Origin: Mobula hypostoma
Taxonomy: Eukaryota
DNA length: 64,000 nt
Assembly (NCBI RefSeq): GCF_963921235.1
Contig: NC_086097.1
Coordinates: 17,980,001 to 18,044,000 of the forward strand
Reading direction: 5' to 3'
Shown here: positions 44,407 through 55,400 of the stretch, in pieces
How the letters are laid out: every line of letters begins with the position of its first letter
Position numbering within the stretch: position 1 is the first letter of the stretch
Translations under genes and position numbers: made by a program
Notes under the pieces: model-generated
The model's input: the letters and a program-made list of their open reading frames with translations, nothing else
Databases searched by the model: none
What the model was told of the DNA's origin: nothing

Positions 44407-47400
44407 CTGGGAAAAGAAAAAAAAATGTCATAATCATAGAATTGTTATGACCTGGAACAGACCGAACTGGATTCTCGTTGAGCAAACCCATTTTCCTGCA
44501 TGTTCATTACAGCTCTTAAATTCTCGAAACAATTCACTTTGATGCAATGATTGGCCATGTTTCCATGGCGCAGCAGTCAGTTCAACCCAACCTTCAGTGC
44601 TGTCTGTGTGCACATTTTCACCTACTTTCAAGGTGCTCCAATTCCTTCAACATCTCAAAAGATGTACGATAGATTAACTGGCTACTATTAATTATCCCTA
44701 GTGTAGGTGGGTCACACACAATAGGGGAGAGTTGATAGGCATGTATAATACAATAGATTACAGAGAAAATGAGAGAATGAGAATGCTTAAAGATGGCTGA
44801 GTACTGGGCAGAACAGTCTCAGATGTCATCAGAAAACAAAGCAGAAAAACTTGAGCAAAAAAAAAAATCTCCCTCATTTTCCTTTTATCTTTTGGCTAAA
44901 ATTTAAAATTTGTTCCCTGATCCTGGAATAGTTCATTAATGATTTCCTTTCATTTACCCCAAAACATTTCTCAATCCTGACTCTAGAGCAGGATTCTCTA
45001 CTTCTCCCATCTAAACTTATAGCTCCCATCCCAGGAAATCTAATAAATCACTTAATTATATTAAATGGTGTGTGCTGATTAACTAGACATAGTGGAGTGA
45101 ATGTATTTTTTCATTCTTTTAGTATATTTCTCACAGAAGATGAGCAGATATAGATGATAAAACAAGTTATCACAAATTCAATTTCACTGAATCACTTCAA
45201 AGGCTGGCATTCCTAAAAGCAGATTTAGATTCATTTTTTCCTATTCATCTGCTGTCTAACATTATGCAAAAATGGATACAGTGTGCAAACCTGCAAGCTA
45301 TAGAATTTAGCTTAATAGCAGCTTCAGAAACAGAATTGTCCTTGCTGGGATGATGAAAGTGCATGACTTCACATTTCTGTTTGAGATACAAGCTAGCAGA
45401 CCAGGAAGTGTGTTGGTTAACCCTTGTGAACTTAGACCTACATTTTCTGAATGACCAAATATGCAGATCTTGCTGATAACTGGCCATATGCCAGAGCAAG
45501 ATCCACCAAAAAGTACTAAAGCAAAAGGCACCCATCCATGATTTAGCACAACATGGCATTTAAGCATTCTGCACCTACCCAGAAAGTGAACTTGCTACGT
45601 GCAAGTAGTAAGTTTAAATACTTTCCACTTCAACTATTCCAAATTATTCATAGTGATAGCTTAGATGTCTAAAGCAAAAGCAGTATCACAAGATATACAA
45701 CCATCTGGATACCTTGTTTTAAGAGATAAATGATGTACCCTTTCCTCACTAAACTTATTCCATGAAGACTATTCAACTTAAGATTTTAAATACCTGATAG
45801 AGCAACTAGTTTAAAAATGTTAATTGCTCATCACAGCCTTGTTTTATTGCTTGTGGCAATCGTACAATGCCAACAACATGGTTTCTCACATCAAGGAAAT
45901 GCAAACTAGAAAGTTCTCTAATATTCTGCTATTAAGAAATTAATTTAAGGAAATTGAAGCTCTTGCATTAATCAGGAGGACAGCACTACTAATACTGAAA
46001 GACTGGCGAGAGCTGCTGGAATTGTTGAAGTGTTATTTTAAACTAATTAAGACAGATTTTGGAATCAAACAGTTTACTTAAAATTTTTAAATAGTAAGAC
46101 AAGGAAGTGTACACACATCTTAAATTTCAATGTTCTAAGTTTATTACACAATATCCTCACTGAATGGAGCAGAGCTCAGCATCAACCTGCATTCTAAAGG
46201 ACTTGTATAAAAATGCCTTTTGTTAAAGTATATAACATACAAGGCTTAGACAAACAATGATTAAGTTGAAGATATCAGAATTCATTCATGTTTTATGACA
46301 CTTACTGATGGGTATTCCTTTTTTATTGGTAAGTAGTTGAGGTAGTGGTAGTTCTGATTATTCTGAATGGGACACTGAATCCCAGATTGACAACCATCAG
46401 CATTAGGAATATTAAATGGGATTGCAATGCCATTCATAATGCCATAAACCGCAGCCACAGTTTTTTGACTCGATGTTTCTGCGAAGAAATTATAACAGTT
46501 AGCCTTCATTGATTCAAGGCCAGGTTTCAGAGGAAGGGCAGTACATAGAGTCATAATTTCTGCTAACTGGGACAAAGGGCATATTTCACAATAGAAGTTG
46601 CAACGCTCACACTTTACATTTCCAAGCAATCCATTACTGTTACATTTTGAAAAGCTTAAATATTGTTCTAGCACTCAGAAGCCTAAAAGGCTCTTCAATT
46701 TCATCCAGAATTTTAAATACATGACAAAACTTGTAATGAAAAGTGAAAATATGTTGGTGAATATTAAAAATTAGAGTATGCAAGTTTGGCATTGGTAGTG
46801 CTGATAATGAGCAGTACATGGAATCTAGATTAATTGATTGAGCCTTTTAAAGTCAGACAAAGCTGCCTTTATTACTGTATCAAATCTAGTTTATTTAATT
46901 TTACAGTAGTGGGTTTTCTAAGTTTCCCTTAATAACAATTTTGCTTTTCCCAAAACTTTCCTCCAGGTCAATTTACTAATCTGCTCAAGAAAGACTTGCT
47001 TCCACCTGCATTTCCTCTCTCCACTCTGCAAATCTCCCTTGAAATTGTCATCCATGCTTTTATCTGGACACCCAGCTATTACAGAACACTCTCTACCTTC
47101 GCCCTCATTCTATTCACCATAAAGTTGACTGAAAACTCTTTTGTTCATAATACATGTCATAAATGCACCTTATTTGTTCATTTATTTGTGGTAATATTAC
47201 TATGCTTTGTGTGTACAAGTTGTATGTACTGTGTTGTGCACCTTGGCCCAGAGGAACGTTGTTTTATTTAATGGTATACATGTGTATGGTTGAATGACAA
47301 TAACTTGAAACTGAACATGAACAAAGTGGACTTCCCACCATTTTCCCTTAAGTTTCTGGAAAGATGACAGTATGTTCAAACGCAACGACTTCTACAGGGC

Positions 47401-50400
47401 CAACCAAAGGTATTGTCCTTTTTAAACATTTTATTATTATTATTTTTTTTTTACGATCACAGGACTCTGCTGGTCATTAAGAACTGCAGGTCTATCCCAT
47501 CACAGAGTTACTCGCTGGCTGAGAAACTGAAGGAGCTGAACTTGGATGTGGAATATGCACCAGAGAGGCGTCGGAGGAATCGGTGTGCAGTCTAACAGCA
47601 AGTGATCATCTTAGTAACTCATCTTGTGATAGCAAGACTCTGTTGGACATTGTTAATGTGGAATGCTGCAAATCCGATTCACTAATTTATTAGCAGACGG
47701 CAAGGAAGCAGTGTAGGCTCAGCCGCAGCGAGGACTCCGTCTCAAGCCACGGTGTTACCGTTTACAGCTGCCCATGAGAGATGGCCCATCGGAGGCAGTG
47801 TGACACAGTGTCCAAGCTGCAGTCAGTGGTGCCCCCCGCCCCGTCCCAGCGTTTGCTTGGCAGAAGTCAAGCTGTATTGTGTTCAACTGCAGACTGTTCC
47901 AACATTCATGTGCTCAGGGACATTTTTTTTGTGACTATGTCTTACTGATATCTTGTATGTGCTACATGTGCCTTGTGCTGTGTATGTCAATTGGTACTGT
48001 GTTTTGCACCTTGGCTCCGAAGTAATACTGTTTCGTTTGGCTGCATTCATATGTATTTATGTATGGTTCAATGACAATTAAACTTGAACTTGATAGCAAA
48101 CTACCCTGGCTCCCAGTTCAGCAGTACCTCAATTTCAAAATTCTAACCTTCATTTTCAGAGCCATCCCGTTCCTCAAGCCTACAGTACATCTCTCTGATT
48201 GCCTCAAAATCTCAACCTGCCAAGATGCACAGCCACGAACAACCTGCGAATTTTGTTTCGTTACTTATCCAAGCTTAAAATACTGGTCAGGCATGTCTTT
48301 AGTTCCAAATCTCCAGAGTTCACTTCCTACCCTCCTCCCCACCTCCAAATGCTCTTAAGCTATGGCCATCTCTCCTCCAACTTTCAATCCAGATGAAGGG
48401 TCTCTATCTGAAACACTGGATATCCACTTCTATCCGTAGGTGCTGCCCGATACCCCAGCTCTTCCTTGTAATTATTTTCTCAATTCTATTTTAAAATCCC
48501 TGAATGAATTTTGAGAATCCTTGCAGACAAGAATTTTTCAATGAACAAACGATGATGAGGAAGCAGTATGCATGTGGCAAAATCTGCAAGGACGATCGCG
48601 GCTTGACGATCCACCAAGCATGGATGAAGTGTTTAGCAGGAGCGGCACAACGCGCAGGTAACCAACCTGGTGAGACGAAGGAGGGGCCAGGCCCGGGGTC
48701 ACCGCATAGTGCCCGGAACCTCCAAGTGTTGCAAACTAATCCCTCTAAAATGAAGTCTAACAGGAGGCGGATCAAATGGCCTGCAGCTAACATGACTTCA
48801 CTGTGGAAGCAGTTTGATGAAGATGTTAACCAAATTCTGGAGGAAATGGTGAAGGAAAGGATTGATAGGAAGCTGGAAGCCATGACAACAATTATTGTCA
48901 GTATCGCCCAGTGGAGGTTGGTTGTAGGGGTTTTGCAACCCGTTCCTTAGTTAGAGCCTTCAGCAATTTGGGCTTCGAGGGAGAGAGGAAGAGGAGAGCC
49001 ATCCACAGTACCACCGATGCGGCAGAGAGGGCCTCAAGATGGTTGTGGCTCAAAGAGGGGAGCCATGGAGTCATAAGTAGCTAGCCATCTGGACACAAGC
49101 TGGGGTCTGATCAGCCCCGCTGGGTCACCTGGAGGAGGTTGTATGATGTTGAAAGACCCGAAACACTCAATGATTCCAGGAACATCACTGAAGCTGTGTC
49201 CAGAAGCATCAGTAGATGTATGTACACAGTTTCCATCCCCACACATCTTCCACTTTTTAAAATTTATGTCCCCCATCAATCCCACTTCATCGCATGTGTG
49301 AACTATCAAGAGGAACAATTTTCTCAAGCAATCAGGCACAATATTTTAAAAGTCCTGTTGTCTCATTTAATTTGTCTGAAGGAGAATACCTCAGCTTCCC
49401 TTGCAAGCAAAAATCCTTCACCCCCAGAATCATTAGTAACCTAATGGGTTGATGACAATATTTGGAAAATGCTGAAACAGTTAATTTAAGGTAGTGGCTA
49501 GTGTAATGCTTTATAGTATCCTCACCTGTCTCCCCAAATCAAAAATTTCACTTTTCCCATATTTGCCACCTGTCTGGCTATTCTACAAAATGATTTCCTT
49601 ACTATGTTTTACAATTGGTGTCATTTACACATTATTCACACTTGTGCCAGTTATTGATAAGCAAGAAAAAAACCAGCAGCACACTGGTCTTTACATGTAC
49701 CCTGGGAGACACCACAATCTCCCTCCAACTTCAAAGACTACCATTTCATATTTTCTTAGGTACCCAAGGAGGCCATTCACTTCATGTCCATGCTAGTCCT
49801 CACAGCAATCCCATTCCTCAAATTACCTCCCTGTAATCTATTCTCTCTCGTGTGTCTATTAGTTCCACACCCTCCAGCTCTCCTACCACCACCCCAGCAG
49901 TAATTTGTGTGTGCAAATTAAGAACCACTAGCATACTTTTGGGACGTGGGGAGAAACAACATCCAGAAGGAAAACTCACATCACAGTGAGAACTTGAGAC
50001 AAATCTTAGGGCTGAGCCCAGGTCACTGCACTGAGAGGCAGCACCCAAGTGTTTGGACCACTGTTTTACCATTGCCTCTTATTCCATGAGCCTGAATTTG
50101 AGGATATAGAATTTGAAAAGGTACAACGAAAGGGATCAGATTGCTTTGCAGGAACATTCAATAGACTGCTTTCCTTCTGAGCTGAAGGATTCTCATCTGT
50201 GCTGAGGTTTCTCCTTTGCCAATTTTACACTTTAAAATCAAGACTTACTGCTAGCAAAAGTCACGTTCACAGCATAAGATTGTCCTTTGCGGAGTATACA
50301 CGGCAGCGAGGGGCAAGGTGTGATATCCACTATTAAAATTTTTCCGGATGTAGATCCTGCAATACAATGAATACAGATAGAGATTAACTATAGCTAGTAC

Positions 50401-51755
50401 CAGAAGTTAGTGTTGCACTGGTATACTGTTAAAGCACTAACCTTTATAATTCACAGCAACACACATCAAAGTTGCTGGTGAACGCAGCAGGCCAGGCAGC
50501 ATCTCTAGGAAGGGGTACAGTCGACGTTTCAGGCCGAGACCCTTCGTCAGGACTAACTGAAGGAAGAGTTAGTAAGAGATTTGAAAGTGGGAGGGGGAGG
50601 GGGAGATCCAAAATGATAGGAGAAGACAGGAGAGCTGGGATCTTGGCTCCATCCCTCCCTCTCCTGTCTTCTCCTATCATTTTGGATCTCCCCCTCCCCC
50701 TCCCACTTTCAAATCTCTTACTAACTCTTCCTTCAGTTAGTCCTGACGAAGGGTCTCGTTCTGAATCGTCGACTGTACCCCTTCCTAGAGATGCTGCCTG
50801 GCGTGCTGCGTTCACCAGCAACTTTGATGTGTGTTGCCTGAATTTCCAGCATCTGCAGAATTCCTGTTGTTTGCATTTATAATTCACCAACTTGATTTTT
50901 GTTTAGGATTAATGGCCCTTTATCCCATCCCCCAGCCCACTGGCCCAATTGCCCAGAAATGTATAATCAAAGCAAAAAGCTTGCTCAAACCAGCTTTTGG
51001 AAAGAGAAACAGTTAATGTGCTAGGTCAGACATCCTTCACCAAAACTGAATTACTAGTAGATACTAGATGCAATTAGTCACACAAAACCAAGTTAGAGAA
51101 TGACAATAACGTACCAATAAAACATCAATCTAGGATGTAAATTAGATCAAGCAACACACATCAAAGTTGCTGATGAACGCAGCAGGCCAGGCAGCATCTC
51201 TAGGAAGAGGTACAGTCGACATTTCAGGCCGAGACCCTTCTACTCCAACAGCCACTTTCTCTCAAAGGTGACTTTAATTACAATGGCACATTCAGACTTT
51301 AAAGCACAATAACCAAAACGAAGTTTGTTTTTAAGAGTTAAAGAGCTAATCATGGTTACACTTCAAAAATCGTAGCACGTGGAAAAACTACTAACTCTGA
51401 ATTTTAAGGAGGAAAATAAAATGCTTCGATGACAGTATTATGGCGTCGACGTTTCGGGCTGAGATCTCATCGGGATCTCCAGAATGGATGTTGCCTCCTC
51501 CATCACTTTCAGTGTGTTGCCCAAGATTTTCAGCATCTGCAGAATCTCACGTGTTTGTGCACCAATAACAACAATACTCAAACTTTAGGGCAAATGGATC
51601 ATGCAAAGTATTTTTCTTGTATTTCTACTGAACTGCCGAATAGACCGTAGGATGTTTTAGACAGACTTACCGCAGTCTTTAAACTTCACCGGCTGTGCCG
51701 CACACAACGCGGCCAGGAGCACGAAGCCGAAAGCCACCTGACACCTCAGCTCCAT
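44320..51755 (-). CDS. NPC2: NPC intracellular cholesterol transporter 2, paralogue B (ISCA2-proximal); spliced CDS join(51755-51671,50356-50249,46478-46306,44406-44320), 150 aa
   Basis: Four GT-AG exons of 85+108+173+87=453 nt, phases 1,1,0. Translation: [150 protein letters not shown]. Confidence 0.95.
46306..46478 (-). CDS. NPC2: NPC2-B exon 3
   Basis: ttcttcgcag acceptor, 173 nt, ...[11 protein letters not shown]...[11 protein letters not shown]...KEYPS, GTAAGT donor. Confidence 0.95.
48500..49221 (+). mobile_element. Internally deleted HERO-like (restriction-like endonuclease) non-LTR element; NPC2-B intron 2, antisense
   Basis: N-terminal zinc-finger remnant [20 protein letters not shown] and RRRIKWP joined at ~48908 directly to C-terminal [10 protein letters not shown]...[12 protein letters not shown]; the RT domain is missing. 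Confidence 0.7.
50249..50356 (-). CDS. NPC2: NPC2-B exon 2
   Basis: tattgcag acceptor, 108 nt, (G)[41 protein letters not shown] donor. Confidence 0.93.
50455..50875. mobile_element. Inverted (tails-outward) PLE pseudo-LTR dimer forming a long palindrome in NPC2-B intron 1
   Basis: Arms 50456-50634 and 50659-50837 (179 bp, 4 mismatches), 24-nt spacer; 12-bp TSD TTTATAATTCAC at 50443-50454 and 50876-50887. Confidence 0.92.
50519..50554 (-). ncRNA. Minimal type I hammerhead ribozyme, sense to NPC2-B pre-mRNA
   Basis: Intact 36-nt motif; the mirror copy on + (50739-50774) has GAAA->GAAT and an altered stem II/loop II. Confidence 0.78.
51147..51240 (-). mobile_element. PLE pseudo-LTR fragment truncated inside the hammerhead core
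   Basis: Matches 50455-50545; lacks CUGAC but keeps GAAAUGUC^GACUG. Confidence 0.85.
51671..51755 (-). CDS. NPC2: NPC2-B exon 1 (signal peptide + QPVKFKDCG)
   Basis: ggcATGG start at 51755; G|GTAAGT donor. Confidence 0.93.
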
Positions 51756-52406
51756 GCCTCACCGTCCTACAGTGAGCGGCCCGCCGCCGCCGAGAGATGG
51801 TTTTAAAGCCCTGCCATCCATCCCGGCCGGTGGGCGAACTCCCCGCCCCACAGGGCGGACCCGGACCCGGACCCCACCTTCTTGTTCACACCGGCATCCC
51901 ATCACCCCTCAGGGTACACGTCTGCTTTCTGCATTAAACACCGCCTTCCTTTATTTGGAAAACACCTACTCACAGAGAATTTCAGAATATTTTTATTGAC
52001 AGTCACTCAACTGTACTACCACCTTCCCAACTACAAAGTCAAGAACGCTGGGGCAGGTCGCATCCTTGATTGACAAAAGGGAAAACCAATAAAACCGTAG
52101 CGCTCTAAAACTAGCCAATCAGATGCTTAAAATTGTTTTCTGCGTCATTGGAACGCCTTCCTGATTATGACAGACACTTTTAATCTCCAATGTAGACGAT
52201 AGGTTGTGAAAAATATGCAACTCACGTTGCACCAATGGGCGTAGTGAGTAGGTGGGGCAAGGGGCTGTTTATGATAGACGTGTTCTTCAGCTAATGAAGT
52301 TGGCGGTTTCTGGTACAAACGGGTGGGAGTACGCCAATGGGGAAAAGGGCTGAAGGCGGTACTTCCGATGACATTTGATCCGCCTCCACCGGGCACCGGA
52401 ACGAAG
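51756..52406. promoter_or_regulatory. NPC2-B/ISCA2 bidirectional promoter
   Basis: ~650 bp between divergent ATGs; CpG-rich; GC boxes at 51841-51858; CCAAT/ATTGG at 52086, 52115, 52147, 52187, 52232, 52334; ETS-type ACTTCCG at 52361; YY1-like AAGATGG over the ISCA2 ATG; TATA-like TTTAAAA ~50 nt upstream of the NPC2-B ATG. Confidence 0.75.
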
Positions 52407-52468
52407 ATGGTAGTGAGTGGGTTGCTGAGGAGATCTCTGTTAGTTGCCGTTGGATTTTGCTGCAGGAG
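52407..52468 (+). CDS. ISCA2: ISCA2 exon 1 (start of mitochondrial presequence)
   Basis: Strong Kozak aagATGG, Arg/Leu/Ser-rich peptide with no acidic residues, AG|GTGAGC donor. Confidence 0.8.
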
Positions 52469-55400
52469 GTGAGCAAGCAACAATGCGCGTCAGTAGTCAT
52501 TAACGAGTGCTGTCAGCTAGAATAACATCCAAATTTCTGATGAAGGGCCTCAGCCCGAAAGGTCGACTATATTGTTGCCTAACCTGCTGAGTTCCTCAAC
52601 TATTTGCGTGTCTTCCTCCTGGGTTGTCTTTTTAATGAGTTCCTGACGTCCAGTTAATCATATTAAACCAACTGTGTTTCTCATTAGGGATGGCTAAATG
52701 CCCTGGGATCAGCTGTCATTCGGGACTAACACCAAATATGCTTTTCATTTTTTTTACACGAGGATATCAACTTATGTGTTCGCCCTGTTATTTTTTAATG
52801 ATATACAGTATTGTTTATCATCCTGATTAATATTGTTAGGATTATCATTCAGCTAGAAGTGAATATGTGAGTTATTTACAAGCCATTTTACACAGATACA
52901 ACACCAAAGCTTAAATTACCTTTTGTTTATGTATACTTTGGAATTGCGAATATTAGATAATTTTTTTCATGAATACCGATGTGGATCCTTAAACCAAATT
53001 ATCTTTCCACAGTTTCTTGGTGACTTAGTTATGCAGGCGTGAGTAGTACTTTGTCTCCCTGTTGTCAATAATTGCCATTTGCTTGCCATAAATGTTCAAA
53101 CTTGACAGTTCATGCTTCGTCAATGAAACCAAACCATTCTGAAAAACATTGGTGGTTGTTCGTCGTGTTCAACGATGACAAGAAAGCTTGTTTAGGAGTT
53201 TCAAAGATTCAAAGAACATTTATTATCAAAATATATGTGCAGTACACAACCCTGAGATTCGTCTTGCCACTGACAGCCACGAAACAAAGAAACTCCATGG
53301 AACCTTTTCAAAGAAAACAACAAACACCCAACGTGCAAAAAAAAAAACCCAAACGGCAAAAAAAAAGCGAATAACATAGCATATTAAACGCCAAACCGCA
53401 CAGCCTTGAAACAGTCTGGGAATGTTCAGTTTAGTTCAGTTTAGCGCTGTGTGGTACGTTGACTGCAGGCTGTAGAGCCAGGCCACCCCGATTAAAATAG
53501 CAATAAAAAGGGAGTCACCAGAAACACATATAAGGTGACCTGCAGATTCATCTAAATTAGTCCAAACCATAAATTGTGTGGATCAAACCTTGCCCAAGAC
53601 CCAAGACTCCAGCAGCAGAGAGGGAGACAGCGAACTAGGGCTGTTCCATTCTTTCAACCCCAGTGGCCTGGGTTCAGAATTCCCAACTGGGTTTTCCTTG
53701 GTTGCAGTGGATGGCCAATACTACTTCTGTGCCTTGTCACCCCCTCCGCTCTTCACGGAGTGTTGCAGTACTGCCTTGCTGGATGAAATACCATATATAA
53801 ATATGATTGGGTTTTATGCTGTTTGCAAATCGAGCGACATCGGCAACAACACGGTTTCACTTCCAGATGAGCTCATTGTGTTATGTGCTCATTTGACCGT
53901 CAGAACATGGGGAAAATATCATGAACTCCCACAGGCCCCAGTGATGCTACTTTAGTCTCTTGAGGCTGACACGCGAGCAGCCTTCAGGAGGGTGAAAGCA
54001 TGAAAACCACTTGACCCAGCTGGTGCATCTGGCCAAGTACTAGAGACCTGCTGTGGCTGGAGTGCTCACGGAAATCCTTAACCACTTGCTTCGGCAGTCT
54101 GACGTACCCAACTGCTTCAAGCAGGCTTCATTTGCATTGGTGCCCAAGTAGAACGTGGTGACCCGCCTCTGTGACTATCATCCAGTAGCGCTTACACCCA
54201 CAGTGATTAAGTGTTTTAAGAGTTTGGTGATGAAACATATCAACTCCTGCTTGAGAAGCGACTTAAATACGCTCTAATTTTCCTACTGAAGCAACAGGTC
54301 AATAGCAGATGCCATCTCACTGGCTCTTCACTCAACCCTGGTACACCTGGACAGCAAAGATGCAGACTGTACATCAGGATGTTCGTTTTCAACTACAGTT
54401 CAGCACTCAATACCATCGTCCTCTCAAAACTAATCAATACGCTCCAAGACCTTGGCTCAATACCTCCTTGTGCAATTGGATCCCCGATTTCCTCACTTGC
54501 AGACTCTAGTTCGCTCAGACTGGCAGCAACATCTCCTCCATGATCTGCATCAGCACAGGTGCACCAGAAGTCTGTGTGCTTAGTGCCCTGCTCTACTCAC
54601 GTTTCACTTGTGACTGTGTGGCTAAGCACAGCTCCGATGCCATATTCAAGTTTGCTGATGGCACCACTGTCACAGGCTGAGTCAAAGGTGGTGATGGATC
54701 AGCATTCAGGAAGGAGACTGAAAATCTGGCTGAGTGGTGCCATAACGAAGGGAACATTGACTCAGACCATGAGAGGCCTGCGTCGGGCATTTTCATGCCT
54801 TACAAGGCGCAGATTGGAAGTCTGTGTGGGGCGCCACTCCTCTCACAGACCAGAGCAATATGTGATTAAGTGCCTTGCTCAAGGACACAAACGCTGCCAC
54901 AGCTGAGTCTCGAACTAGCGACCTTGAGATAACTACATGAACGCCTTAACCACTTGCTATGTGCCATAACACCAACCTGTTACTCAATGTCAACAAGACG
55001 AAGGAGCTGATTATTGACTTAAGAAGGAAAGCAGAGGTCCATGAGCTAGTCCTCATCAGGGGATCAGAGGTGGAGAAGGTCAGCAATATTAATTTCCTTG
55101 GTATTATCATTTTGTAGGACCTATCCTGGGCCCAGCACCTAAGTGCAATTACAATGAGGGCACGGTAGTGCCTCTACTTCCTTAGAGGTTTGCAAAGATT
55201 TGGCGTGACATCTCAAACTTTGAAAAACTTCTATAGATTGACTGGCTGCATCATAGCCTGGTGTGGAAATACTAATGCCCATGAAAGGAAAATCCTAGTG
55301 GATACAGCCCAGTCCATCACAGGTAAAGTCCTCCCCATGATTGTGCACACCCACATGGAGGGTGGGAGGGTGTCACAGGAAAGCAACATCCATCATCAGG

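Noticed and set aside
46479-46674. Cys-rich N-terminal extension of ORF 46282-46674
   Set aside because: Intronic read-through upstream of the NPC2-B exon 3 acceptor.
49150-49205. GACCCGAAACAC...CACTGAAG in the HERO-like 3' UTR, suggestive of a permuted hammerhead
   Set aside because: No CUGANGA box in this copy and stems II/III cannot be formed.
50444-50890. Mirror-image ORFs on both strands (148 aa and 136 aa), and similar [11 protein letters not shown] ORFs at 18369 and 29065
   Set aside because: By-products of the PLE pseudo-LTR and its palindrome; non-ATG starts and no protein-family motifs.
52537-52570. Hammerhead-like CTGATGA...GAAAGGTC in ISCA2 intron 1 (sense)
   Set aside because: Stem I is lost and the ACGT palindrome is broken (AGGT); counted only as a decayed relic.
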